Below, piece by piece: positions 1-12,263 of a stretch of DNA of 64,000 nt. The DNA lies in contig MU058531.1 of the NCBI GenBank assembly GCA_013265495.1, positions 310,001 to 374,000 on the forward strand, in the 5' to 3' direction. The translations under genes were made by a program, and so were the position numbers. Within the stretch, counting starts at the first letter, position 1, and each line of letters opens with the position of its first letter. The notes beneath the pieces were generated by a model. The model ran no database searches. It was given only the letters and a program-made list of their open reading frames with translations, and had not been told where the DNA came from. The stretch is from Vicugna vicugna. Lineage: Eukaryota.

Positions 1-227
1 AATTATGGAACAGAATTTGTTCCATCTTGAGGCAGGGGGTCAACTAACTCTACCCCTGTGTGTTAGTTATTGGTCAAGTATCCATACCACAGAACAGGCA
101 TCCTTGTTTCAGCCAGATTTAAGCAGATGTGATTGTTTTAAACATATGACCTGGGATAAGGGAAGGTGAGGTCAGGGAGAAAAACTAGAAGGAGTTTTAC
201 AGTTTTGTACTCACAGGACCTTGGGAA

Positions 228-732
228 TGTCGACTGAAAAGAAAGCAAACGCACAACCTTACAGTCATGAATTATGTTTTATTAGGCGGATTTTCTGAGG
301 ACTTCAAGCCCAGAGACAGCCTCTCAGATAGCTCTAGGGACTGCTCTGAAGAGTTATGGGAGGAGCCAGGATATACAGGAGTTTTTGCATCAAAAGCCAT
401 GTACTCAGAACATCAAAAGATTACTGTTAATTGAAGAAAACCAGATATCTCAAGTTAAGGAATTTAGCAGGAAGATGCAAGAGTCTGGGCTCATTGAAAT
501 CATTCCTTTGATGTGCACCTTAGCTGTCTAGGGCCAGTCTCCTTTCTTTCCCATCCTGGGTCCCCTCTGGGTGCCCTGTTGAGGCTGGCAGCAGTGGCTG
601 AGGGCTTGGCAGTGGGCAGCCTGTTTGTCTCCATCCTGAGTTCCCTCAGGGTCACCTTTCCAGGCAGCTGTAGTGGCTTGATGGCTACAACATCCTGTTT
701 ACTAATATGGCAGGTGACATTTTTCATTCACA
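228..732 (-). mobile_element. ERV solo LTR nested in an older LTR-like element
   Basis: TG...CA termini (tgtcgactg...cattcaca), ~505 bp, TTTATT (AATAAA on the minus strand) near 278-283. The flanks (~170-227 and ~733-950) look like an interrupted older LTR. Confidence 0.65.
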
Positions 733-1673
733 GGGGGAAGCAAACAGGCCACACAGGGAAATGCCAGGGTTGGTCATGCAGCAGAGGGCATGAGGGGAAC
801 TGGAGATAAACGCCTTTGTTACGGTTTCTGCGGGAAGGAATGGGTGAGGCAGGGTAAGCAGGCTTAGGACTGGCTAATGTGAGTAATTTCAGAGGTGCTG
901 TAGCCTAGGAGCTGCCCCTGGTTGTCTGGTACCTGGTCCTGGGGCCATTAGTGTGTATAGTGTATAGAGAGAAGGAGAACTACCTAGTTCTCCATCTTTG
1001 CCAAACTGCCGAGTGATGGTGCCAACATTTCTCACTCAGCAAACGGAGAGGTTGGAGGCAGCCAGTATTTTTCCCAGGCAAAGGTCAGGGCCAGGAGCAC
1101 ACGCTTGGCTACTCCATGGCTCGTCCTGTCACTTCTCCCAGCCGCACGGAGGTGAGGTGCACTCTGGACTTGACAGTTTTCCCCTTGGTATGAAACACAG
1201 CACATTTAGCCTAATGATCATTCTTGGAACATCTCCTTAAGAATGATCTTTTGCATTTCAGCACACCCAGAGTTGAGAATGACTAGCTTTGAGGTTAAAA
1301 AAAAAAGGATCACACATTTTTTTCTCCTTCACCCAGATTTGTTCAAAGTCCAGAAGCAGCAAACCATAGACAGTGAGCACTAAAAGGAGATTCATCTTAT
1401 TCCCTCTTCGGAAACAGGCTCAGAGAAATCAAGAGACCTGCTAAAGTCATGCAGCTAGTTTGGTGACAGAGTCAGAACTAGGATCCGGATCCCTGTATTG
1501 CCTTGCTAGCGGCTGGAGGCTCCTGTAAACCAGTTGTCGCATTTTATAACACACCAAAGAAATCAAGCTCAAGACATACCTAGAATTGCAAATATGAAGG
1601 TTGCTAAGGCTTAGCTTTATTTGTTAAAGGCTATGAGAGGGACCTTTCCCTGCCCAGTTTCTCTGGGTGAGGG

Positions 1674-2193
1674 TGTTACTGAGTCCAGACTTGTTCTGCT
1701 CACCACACGACAGGCCAATAAATCGGGAGACCAAGTGCAGGGGCATGGAGTAACGACTTTATTCAGAGAGCCAGCAGACCAAGAAGATGGCAGACTAATG
1801 TCCTGGAGAACCATCTTCCCAAGTCAGAATTCAGGCTCCTTTTATACCAAAAAGGGGAGAGGATGTGGCTGGTTGTGGCAAACTTCTTGGTGTTGGAGTC
1901 CTTTGACTTTGCAGCTGTTCACTTAGGTCAGGTTATGATGTTCCTGTAAACCTTCAATGAGACAAAGGTTATTCTCTGTTCTGCAAACTTTTTCTCTCTC
2001 TCTGATTGGAAAAGTGTTATACCCTTAAAGGTAAGAGTGTTGAGAATGAGCTATCCTGTATATCTCAGACTACAGGCCACATTCTTTGACAAAAGGCGCA
2101 GAACCAGTATGGCTAAGCACAGGAAGCAGAGCACAGGGTTAGAGCTAAAGAAGCAGATCTAATATGGAGTCAGATTTGCTCTTCCCTATTACA
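1674..2193 (-). mobile_element. ERV solo LTR, family copy 1
   Basis: TGTTAC...TACA termini; colinear with 11779-12263 and with the reverse complement of 16798-17305. No clear TSD. Confidence 0.85.
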
Positions 2194-3584
2194 ACTTGAA
2201 TCAAGCAGAGGGTGTGTGCAGATTACTCTGAATGTCTGCTTACGTGTGTGTTTTCTGCTCAAAGAGAGTATATTGCATTTGGCCAAGTCTATGTAGCTGG
2301 GTGAACAAAGCCTGACTTAGCACTGTAGCAATTTTAAATGACTGGTCACTGATTATCTACCTGTTTAGTGTGGATGCTGCTGTATTTAATCATCACATCA
2401 TCCCTCTGAGCAAGGTAGGCTGCTTAGAAAGCCCCTGAAAGAAAACATTAATAGAAGGGCATCTCCGCTCAGAGAGGTCACGTGGAACCTCCGTGAGCAA
2501 GAATGGGATGAAAGCATGTTTGCACAAAGTCTGCCCAGATTCTGTTTTCAGGTTAGCCCAGCTCAGTACCCCAGGGCAGCTTTGTGATTTTTGGCAGAGT
2601 GGAGAACCCAGTTCAGACTTGCCTATTTGATGAGTCTCTTAATTGTCTGGGACCCATCGTCCCTCATTGGCACTAAGCATGAATTTGCAGACAGCTTCTC
2701 CTTTTCAGTTGTTAACAATGATCTTGAAGTGAGTAATCACCAACAGCCTCATTCTTATTTTATAGATAAAGACAGACTCCTGTTTGAAGGCCTTTGGTGG
2801 CTCCCGACTGCTCCCAGAACAATGTGAAACCTCCTTGGCTCACTGTGCCAAGAAAGCCCCTCTCATCTCCTGATACTGAGGTTTTATTCTCTCATACCTC
2901 TTAGGCTTCCCCAGTTTGAACTCATTCATTCACCTGTGGACCAGCACTGTGTCAGGCACCAGGGACAGAGTGAATCAGACGGGCACTCTCCTCATAGTGC
3001 CCATTGTCAACAATGCCAAACACTCCCTGGGTTTTCTCCACCCAGTGTCTCTAGTCTGCCTGTTCCCTGACTGCAGTGCCCTCCCCTCATCCTCTCGTCA
3101 CAAAACGACTGATTACCCTCTCAAGTCCTCTCCTCTGACGCTGTCCTTAATCGCCCTCATTCCCATGTATTTCTGTGATACGGACCATGTCTAATCCTGT
3201 ATTCTAGTCAGGTTTTACAGAGTAATTCAAATTATTCAAAATACTCAGTTGTAGACTCCTCATGAGCAGGAATCACATCTCATTCATCTTTCAGTCTTCG
3301 CTGCCTGGCATGGCACCTGGCAGTCCTGTGGGGATGGGCAGGGGTGTGCTGGACCGATGGGGGCAGTGACACTGTCTTTGGCCTCCTGGTCTCGTGGCCG
3401 GCCTCCTGATTTCCTCCACATTTTCTTCTCATTTGTAGTGACTAATGTAACTATTAAGTCCAAGAAAATGTCCATTGCCCGTGATGTGGAACTTTTAGAA
3501 TAGCTTGAGCAGAAGTCGGTGTGTGGGAGTCTCCCCCATGTTCAGTGAATCATTCACTGAGAAACATGGGGTTCATGTACACTT

Positions 3585-3750
3585 TTTAAAAATATTTTAC
3601 TTATTTATTATTGTATTTAATTATTTTATTTTGGTAGGGGTCAGGTAGGTAATTAGAGTTGTTCGTTTTTAGAGGAGGTACTGGGAATTGAACCTAGGAC
3701 CTCGTGCATGCTAAGCGTGTGCTCTAATGTTTGAGGTATACCCTCCCCCC
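3585..3750 (-). mobile_element. tRNA-derived SINE (camelid Vic-1-like)
   Basis: The minus strand reads GGGGGGAGGGTATACCTCAA...GAGGTCCTAGGTTCAATTCCCAGTACCTCC with A/B boxes and an AT-rich tail; 13-bp TSD TTCATGTACACTT (3572-3584, 3754-3766). Confidence 0.88.
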
Positions 3751-5189
3751 AGATTCATGTACACTTGATTTTTGAGTGTATTCATTTGTGAAGGTTTATT
3801 AATATTGCATTTACTTATTCTGGTAAGGAATCTTCGTTATTCCCATTTCCATTTACTATTTTTATTTTACGCTTTCAGCAGGTACTTTGAGTAGAGTGAA
3901 AGTATTTTCTTCCAAGAGAACAAAGTGAATATTGTGTGGAGGAGAATCTCTGATGTGTAGTGCTTGGGGCTGTTCGAATGACCTAGTTATTTATGTAAAA
4001 CACCCTTTTCATTTCACAAACTGTTGACTGGACCTGATTGCATTTTGATTGTAGTGCTAGCAAAATATACGAAAACTAATTACCCTGGATTCTATCATTT
4101 AAAAAGATGAGGTCTTTATTTCTGTTTCAGTCTAGAGCTAAAGAAAGGATATGCCCTTCTGTAGGATTTTTCCTGGAAAATACATAGCTGCATGCTTATT
4201 TTCATACATTAGTTCAGTTGTGAATTACATGGAACCTTCTCATCCATTTTTATAATTTGGGGGATTGAAGCTTCAAACTAAAGTCATCTCTGTATATCTG
4301 TCTCTATGTCTATACCATCATCTGTGTATCCCTCTCTCTTTAGCCATCTTCTGTATCTGTCATCTATTCATCCATCTAACTTCTCTATAGAACAAGAAGC
4401 AGTAGGATGTGTTTTACGTTTATTATTGGCCACAGTATGTGGTTGGATTTTTCACCTCTTAATTTTGGTTTAATAGTCTAAGGTTTTGCTACAACTCATC
4501 GATGAATTTGCTTACTTACCCACTGTTTCTAATCTTTGAGAAATCACAGAAAATGGAAAAGATGAAAAACTATTGGAACACATTTCTGGGTGCATTTGAT
4601 TCTTTCACAAAGGAGAGAAGAGAATGGAATCTGCAACCCGAAGACTGGTGCCCTGGAGACTTAACATCAGGAAGGACCCAAGAATCAATTATGGAAAGAT
4701 AGTCACTGAACATGTAAAACAAACAGTAAACACTCAAATTCTTAAGGGTTCTTGAACAATATGTTTTGTTAAACTAAAACTCTTTTCTGGCTGCTTTACT
4801 AAGCAGATTCCTCATCAGACTTTGTTTCCTGAACAATTACGTGCCAGCCTACTCTCTCCGCTGCGATTTTTGAAGCTTGGAATACCCTTTTTATCCACTC
4901 TTATCTGTTGAAAGTTTATCATTTATCAAGGCACAACTCAGTGTGTTAGTGATGCCTTCCCAAGTCCCACAATCAGAGCCAAGTGCAACTGCTCATAGAA
5001 TAAGAGATGTACATCTTTCTTCCCTTCTTTACTTCTGTGTTATATTTTAGTGTTTCCAAATCTGTCCTCTCTCTATTTGTTGAAGACACTACCTGCCCAG
5101 TGCAGCCCATGGATCCCCTTTAGTACAACTGTGAACTTAAACATATCAGGGTTGCTTTCTCCTAGAGTGCCGTTGCATCTTGTTTTCCT

Positions 5190-5325
5190 TCTTCTTTCTT
5201 CTTCTTTCTTCGTATTAGTTGGGGGAGATAATTAGGTTTATTTATTCCTTGATTCTTAGAGGAGGTACTGGGGATTGAACTAAGCTGAGCATGTGCTCTA
5301 CCACTTGCATTATACCCTCTCTGCC
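5190..5325 (-). mobile_element. tRNA-derived SINE (same family, internally deleted)
   Basis: gaggaggtactggggattgaac...gcatgtgctctaccacttg shared with the other two copies. Confidence 0.8.
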
Positions 5326-6354
5326 TCATCACGTCTTATTTTCTTTCAGCTTCTCCTAAGTGGATAACATTAGCTGTTGAATTCCTCTTCCTCTTTCATT
5401 TTCTTGTCTTCAAAAGGATGGTACTATGACAGGAAGCAGGTCCAACATTGGTCAGAATCTCTGTCTTCAGCAGAATGTAACTTCCGTCTCATTTATCTTG
5501 TCTTAGTGCCAGAATTGTGATTCCCGCTAGGGACACACATTTCCCATCTTCTCTGTATGGCAGGGAAGTCTACAGTTTGCTGCATTCTGCTGTTACTTTG
5601 TCTTGATGGTATTTAACAATGGGACATCCTCTGGTTTAGATAGATCTTTGCATTCAGGATATTCTTTGCTCCTCCTTTAAAGAAGCCTGTTTCTCTCAAT
5701 CAGAATTGAGAATACCACTCATTCACTCATGCATTCATCAAACATTTATCGAGTCCTAGAATGTACCAAGCACAAAGATACAAAAATAAATGAGATACCT
5801 TTTCTGTTTCCTAGGAGCACTCTGACCTCCTAGCCTCAAAAGGAGAATTTCAGTTTAGTGTTCAAAGACAGTGCCAAACAGAGGCGCAGACCTCATGGGA
5901 GCCCTTGGGGACTGCGGTGACCCTGCTTGTGCAGTGAGGTAGGGTAAGAGAAGTTCCCAGGAGTTGTTCAAGCTCAGCCTACAGACACGAGTAGATATTA
6001 GCCCTCAACAGGAATTAGCTATGTAAAAGCGGAGGGTGAGGGATGGGGGTGGGGAAAAGTTATTCTGGGTGGCAGGCAAGCTATGAACAAAGGCATGGAG
6101 GTAGAAACATCATGATGTTAGCTGGGAAATACCAGCCACTTGGTGTTGTTGAAACATGGAGTTCAAGGCAGGGAGTATCAAGAGATGAGGCTAGGGAGCA
6201 AATCTTAGTTCAGATCTTGAAGAATCTTATACACAGCCAAAGAACTTGGCAGCACTCTTGTCCTGAGTTCCACTCCAGCAACTCCAGTAACAACTCTATT
6301 GTTGTAGCTCCTTCTTTGGGTTAAAAACTTAAGTTTTCTTTGTCTGTTTTCTGC

Positions 6355-7265
6355 AGATACATAAGGCTGGAGCTGATTTGTATTGACCATTGAATTTTTT
6401 AGGAATTTTGCAGGTTGATTGTTAAACATAGCCAGTATTAAAAATTATATCCACATACACTTAATTAAGTTAAATTAAATACAAAGATAATAAATACTTA
6501 AAACTCACCACTTTCCAATTATTTTACTGCATTTCACTGCACTGTATGGTATCTGCACTCTTAGGGTTATGTCTGCCGTTCCTGGGTGGGAGAAATACCA
6601 GATAATGGTGTACCGCTATCCCTTCCCAACTCTGTTTATTACGTCAAGTTGGTAGCTTGAAATTGGCCATGGTGGGAATATTTGCACCATGGAAATCAGC
6701 AAACGCTATGAGTCAGGGATGCTTCATTGTTTTGTTGACTGTCTAGACTTAAGAAAGCCAGGGAGCAAATGTAAATAATGCGGATTAAACATAAAAATGT
6801 GTTTGTGTCTGTAGCCATTACATTGGGAGTAGTGTTAAAAAAAAAATGGGAGAACATTCTTCCAGTATCTGAAAACTCGCTTCCAGTTTAGCAAGGGAAG
6901 CACTCACATTATTGACACCTGAGTAAAGTTCGAACATGTTTTGTTGTTTGGCCTTTTTCCTTACTAGTTAGTGTAAATGAAAACATCAGCCAAAATTCAT
7001 TTCAGAACTATGCTCATCTGTGATTTGCAGCCATAGGTTGGATATAGATACAAGAGTTCAACAAAAACCAACAGAAGCATTTTGTCAGAATCAATTGGCT
7101 ATACGGAATTTACAATAAAGAGTATCATATTTTATCATTATTTGTAAATTGTGAGCTATATATCTTTTACATGCACAAAATTCATAATAAACTTTTATGA
7201 ATACATATTATAGGTACATTTTTTTCTCAAAGAACCATTGTTAAACATTTTCCAGCATGCTATAG
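6355..7265. mobile_element. hAT-Blackjack DNA transposon fossil (MER63-like)
   Basis: aggaattttgcaggttgattgttaaaca...ttggtagcttgaaattggccatggtggg matches my recollection of MER63. Confidence 0.7.
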
Positions 7266-8639
7266 CTTAAACTTATCCCTGACTCCAAACTAGTTTATTT
7301 TCTTCTGTTGATTATTGAGTTCTGTCCCACAATTATTACTTTTCCTCTGTAGTACACTGAACTTATTATATTTGGTTTTACAAAGACCTGGGCATTTTCT
7401 CTCGCCTAACTTTCAGTTTCAATCTCCATTAATCACATTAACAACTCTCTGGGAAAATACGTCTTCTCTCTCTTTTTGTGACCTGCATCATGGCCTTAGC
7501 CCATCATTCCACTATCAGGTCCAGAAAATGGAAATTAATTATGCAGCCCTCCATATAGCTAGCTGTTCACTTCCCACTTCTCCCGTCTCATGCACATTCC
7601 CAGCTCTCAGTGATAAGTTGAAATATATAAATTCCACTTAGATTTACAAGCACTCCATCTTCACTCTATGAACTTCATTGTCCCAAGAGATGTTTTCTAA
7701 GCCTCTTACAGCAGAATTAGTAATCTCCACAGGATCAGTAGAAACAGAGAGAGGGTCACTGTCATGGCCTTCATATTCTCCATACGAGGGGCTGCCACTA
7801 GGGGAACGTGTCAGGCTTATGAGAACCAAATCCCTGTCATTCCAAGAAGCTGTCATTGAGGACTGAGTGCTTCTTACTAGAGACCAAGAAACTCGAACCT
7901 TCTAGAATCAATCTTCTTAACATAGAAAGCGTAAATCATTGCTTCTCCTCTCTGAGGTGCCAATTCTTCTGGAAATACGGCTTCAGGCTGTTATATAGTT
8001 TTATTGCTTCCGTTTCCTCTCGTTATCCTCTTGGTCACGTTCTTCCACCCACCAACCTCTCCCCAGGTTCCTCATTATCATCAACTTCAACTTCTTGGTT
8101 ATTTTATGTCTCAGATTAGAAGTCTGCTCTGAGGGGTGGTGCTCCCTGGCCCTCTGTGGTACCCTGTATCCCAACTGGAGAGGTGCTGGCCTGACTTCTC
8201 AGCTGTTTCCCACACTGCCGCTCTGTGAGGACAGAGATGATGCCTCTGTCCTCTAGGACTTCATCTCCAGCTCCCAGCCCAGTGCCTGGTCAACGGTAGG
8301 CACTCAACATACATGTACTGCGTGGAGTAACAAGTGAACAAATGAATGGTTTCAGGGCTGGATGAGGCTCCTCTTAATTCAAAGATGGATGAATTAAGAA
8401 GACAAATGTTCAGCTAACACATGATATACAGTAGTGATGCGCACCGTTAGCATGGAAGAAAGTCAACCATTCTAAAAGGGGAAGACTGGTGGGTACACAG
8501 CACTGGTAGGTAATCGCTGGCTTACTACAATTTTGGAATTTCACTAGGCAGATGCTGCCAGGTCCTCCTACTCTCAGGGAGTCTTCCTAGTTTAGGCTTG
8601 GGTCCTGCTGTCTTGGTGTGACTCCCAGTTCATTGTTCT

Positions 8640-9725
8640 CTGTAGCTCCTGGCTTCTTACCCAGAGATGTCTTTCTTTTTCCATTAACCTGCTGGCCACT
8701 TCTCAAAATGGAATTGGAATATATCCTTTGAGTAAATTTTTAGCTTTCTTCCTGTCCAGAGAAAGTTGGGGACCTACAGACTCTTTCCCAACTTGAGCTC
8801 AGGCTGGCAGTGCTTCTGTCCACACAATTCTTTGTATATTTGTGGGTATTCTAAAGATATGACTTGAGTTTACTCTATGTGCCAAAGGTTTTTCTCTCTA
8901 CACTTAATTACTCCTATGCTGTGGGACCATCCCCTAAGCTTTACAGAAGCTATTTTCTTTTTGTACAGCTGAGAAGATAATTCATTTCTTCCTGAGGTTT
9001 TAAGAAGGGCTGTGCAACCAAATTATTGATCTGATCTTTACCCTGAGGACATGTCTAACTGCATTGCCTTAGATCTTTGTCCCTAGGATTTATCTTAATT
9101 TGAGAATCTTTTACTGGCTGGGGAGGTTGGATATGAGAAACCATTTTATTTTGCAGACTAGCAGGTCCCTGCATTTCCGTGCTGTGCTCCCTCTAGGTTT
9201 TGTTTGCAAATTTGCCAGTTCTTGCTCACACTGATCTCCTTGTAGTTACCAGATGGTAAATATTAAAAGCAACCAGAAGATGCTTTCAACCTTGTGTCTA
9301 GAGACCTCTCTGAACAAGTTTGAAAGCTTATTAGATGCATTTTCCATCTTCCAAATTACAAAGGTGACAGTTCAACCAAATGTTTCATGTCTGCACAATG
9401 CAGACCACCATTCCTCAAGCCTCTTACACCTTTTCTAACCACTTCTCGAGATTTCTTTAACAATTTCCTTGCCTTTTCCCCAGCCTACACACATCTTCTA
9501 GTTCCAAAGTTAATGCTTTATAATTTAGGTTTTTGGTATGGCAGGACCCACTTCTAGGCACCAGTTTCTGTATCACTTAGCAATTGCTGTGTAACAAACT
9601 GTCCCCAAACTCAGTGGCTTAAAATAACAATCATTCATTAAGTTTTAATGATAAATGGCTCTGATCCACATGGCAAAGGGAATGGCTACAGGAAGGGGTG
9701 TGAGGTTGCCATTAAAATAATCTAC
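8640..9725 (-). mobile_element. MaLR (MLT1) remnant: internal region plus adjoining LTR fragment
   Basis: At ~9570 the minus strand reads LTR end (ttgttacacagcaattgctaagtgataca) followed by gaaactggtgcctagaagtggg, the typical MaLR LTR/internal junction. Confidence 0.55.
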
Positions 9726-10627
9726 TCCAAAGATTAAGGCTTTTTACATTAGAATTATAGAGAAAACATTTTTGTCTGTTGGATAATGATGTTATTTTCT
9801 CTTCATGCATTAAAAAAATGCTTTGATAAAAGCACACTGATTTCTTTCTTAAAAAATCAAAGACAGGTTTTTAAGCCTGCAAAAATAAGTCAGTGAAAGG
9901 AACTGGGGCTTAAAAATTGTAAATCCCAGTTTGAAGCAACTAAGATTTCTACAAGTTCCTACTTCAAAGGGTAGAGAACTGAGCAGGGCAGCTCGATGGA
10001 GGAAAATCTTCTCTTTATTGGCAGAGTCACTCTAGGAACCAGTATGTTTTCTTCCTGACAAGGCTCACGGAAGGAACATACAGAGCTTTGAAGTCAGTTG
10101 AACTAAAACCTTTGAGGGAAATTACACAATAGGGCAGAGACTGAGAATGCAGAAATTGGACCTGGTGGGAAAAGCTTCAGACCTGTATGACCTTAAGACC
10201 TGGGAGCTCTGGGGTACACAGTGAGTGCAAGGATGCAAGTTATGGGCTCTAGCCTTCAGTGTTCTGTGAAAAAGGAAGGAAGGGTTGGAGTTCACAATGG
10301 GAAGAAGGGTTATAAATACAACCTTTATATTGAACTTTAAAAACATCTTGCTCTTTATATTACTTTTATACATACAGTAATTAGCTTATATTTGAATACT
10401 CTGAAAGGTTTTTGCTCAAACATCATCGGAAACCATGTGCTCCATTTTTTGTAGTTTGGTGAACTAGTAGGGGGAGGCAGAACTCCCTCAGACTCAGTGG
10501 TTGAACGTAATAGAAGTTTCTTTTTCGCTTGCATCACAGTCTCCGGTGGATAGAACTGGGCACTGTGATGGGCGGTCCCTCGGGAATTCTGGCTCCTGCT
10601 GGGTGGCTCCATCCGGTGATGCTCCTT

Positions 10628-11202
10628 GTAGGATGGAAAAGGGTGAGGTGGTCTTAAAATGGCCACTGATCCTTTGTGACCTCTTTTGTGCACACACTCA
10701 TATGTGCTTGATGAGGTGGTCCCTATTCCCTTCCCCTGGAGTGGGCACTTGCTTCTAATGAAGAGAGGAATGGAAGTGATGGTGTGTAGCTTAGGAGATT
10801 AGATCATAAAGGCACTGCAGCTTCCTGCCTTCTCTCTCCATCTCTCTCTCTTTCTCTGATCACTCACTTTGGGGGAAGCCAGCTGCCATGTCCCAAGGAC
10901 ATGCAGGCAGCCACGTGGAGGGAGAGGCCCACGTGGTGAGGAGCTGATTTTGCCAATTGCCATCCAGGAAACAGGGCCACCTGGGAGGTGGGTCCTCCAG
11001 ACCCAGGTAGGCCTGCAGACGACACGGTCCCAGTTGATGGCTTGACTGCCACGACCTCACGAGAATCCCTGAGCCAGAAACACCCACGAAAACCACTCCC
11101 AGATTCCTGACCTTCGGAAGTTGTGTGAGATGATATACGTTCGTTGCTTTAGGCTGCTGAGGTCTGGGGTGATTTGTTACACAGCAATAAATAACGAACA
11201 CA
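10628..11202 (+). mobile_element. MaLR LTR (MLT1 family)
   Basis: gaagccagctgccatgt...ccacgtggtgaggagctga...tttgttacacagcaataaataacgaaca. Confidence 0.8.
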
Positions 11203-11778
11203 GAGAGTGAAGAATTGTGCTTGGGAGGGCTTTCTATTTTGGGCCTGTAAGAACCATAAACTACTTCTTCCCCATTCAGTTGGCTCCAACTGACTCACGT
11301 GGTCACACCCGACACCCTAACTGAAAGCAAGAGAGGCTTGGGGATGTAGTCCAGCTGTGGGCTCAGGAGGAATGGAAATAGCTGGGTCAACGGCGGGCCA
11401 GTCTCTGTCATGTTCAGTGAATTTTTATTTGGGGATGTTTGGACCATAAGGAGCTGGTGGCTGTTTATCTAAGTTCAGACAAAATTCTTAGAGAAAATAA
11501 GTAGAGTCTTTGAAATGTGAGTATTTATACTAGTCCCTGTCTATATATTTTTGTACATATTATTAGTCCCACCCCATCATAGAGTGATGCCAAATATCTC
11601 TGGAGTTACTTGGGAAAATATTAAGAGGCTTCGGTTGGTCTGATTTACTAGTGCGATCGTCATCGTCATCATCATCATGAGCAGTAACAGCCGTACCACT
11701 CCCAACGGTTAACATCACTGAACACCCAGGCATGGGGGGATGCCGTTTATTCGTCATCACAACGAGTGAATGAGGTAG

Positions 11779-12263
11779 TGTTATTGAGTCCAAACTCGTT
11801 CTGCTCGCCGCACAACCGGCCAGTAAATCAGGAGACCACATGTTGAGGCAAGGAATAAGGACTTTATTCGGAAAGCTGGCAGGCTAATGTCCTGGAGAAA
11901 CATCTTCCCCAAGTCAGAATTCAGATTCCTTTTATACTAAAAAGGGGAGGCAGTGTGGTTAGTTGTTACAACTTCGGGTGTCGGAGTCCTTTGTTCTTGT
12001 GGCTGTCTACGTGCGTCAGGTCATGATGTTCTTGTAAACCTCCAGCAAGACAAATATTATCTCTTTTTATCTCTATGAATGGGAAAGTGTTATATCCTTA
12101 AAGGTCAGAGCCTTGAGAACAGGCTATCCTGTATACTTCAGGCTGTAGACATTGTTTGATACAAGATGCAGAACCAGCAACACTGAGCACAGGAAACAGA
12201 GCACAGGGTTAGAGCTAAAGGAACAGATCTCATGTGAAGTCCAATTTGTCCTTCCGTACTACG
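11779..12263 (-). mobile_element. ERV solo LTR, family copy 2, inserted in a MIR
   Basis: 4-bp TSD GTAG (11775-11778, 12264-12267); homologous to the other two copies; MIR core (ttttacagatggaaaaac) resumes downstream. Confidence 0.88.

Noticed and set aside
3542..3560. Perfect 9-bp inverted repeat TCAGTGAAT-C-ATTCACTGA
   Set aside because: Isolated short palindrome, plausible by chance in 64 kb.
7409..7421. ISRE-like CTTTCAGTTTCA as a regulator of the PYHIN copy
   Set aside because: Single short motif more than 30 kb away with no supporting context.
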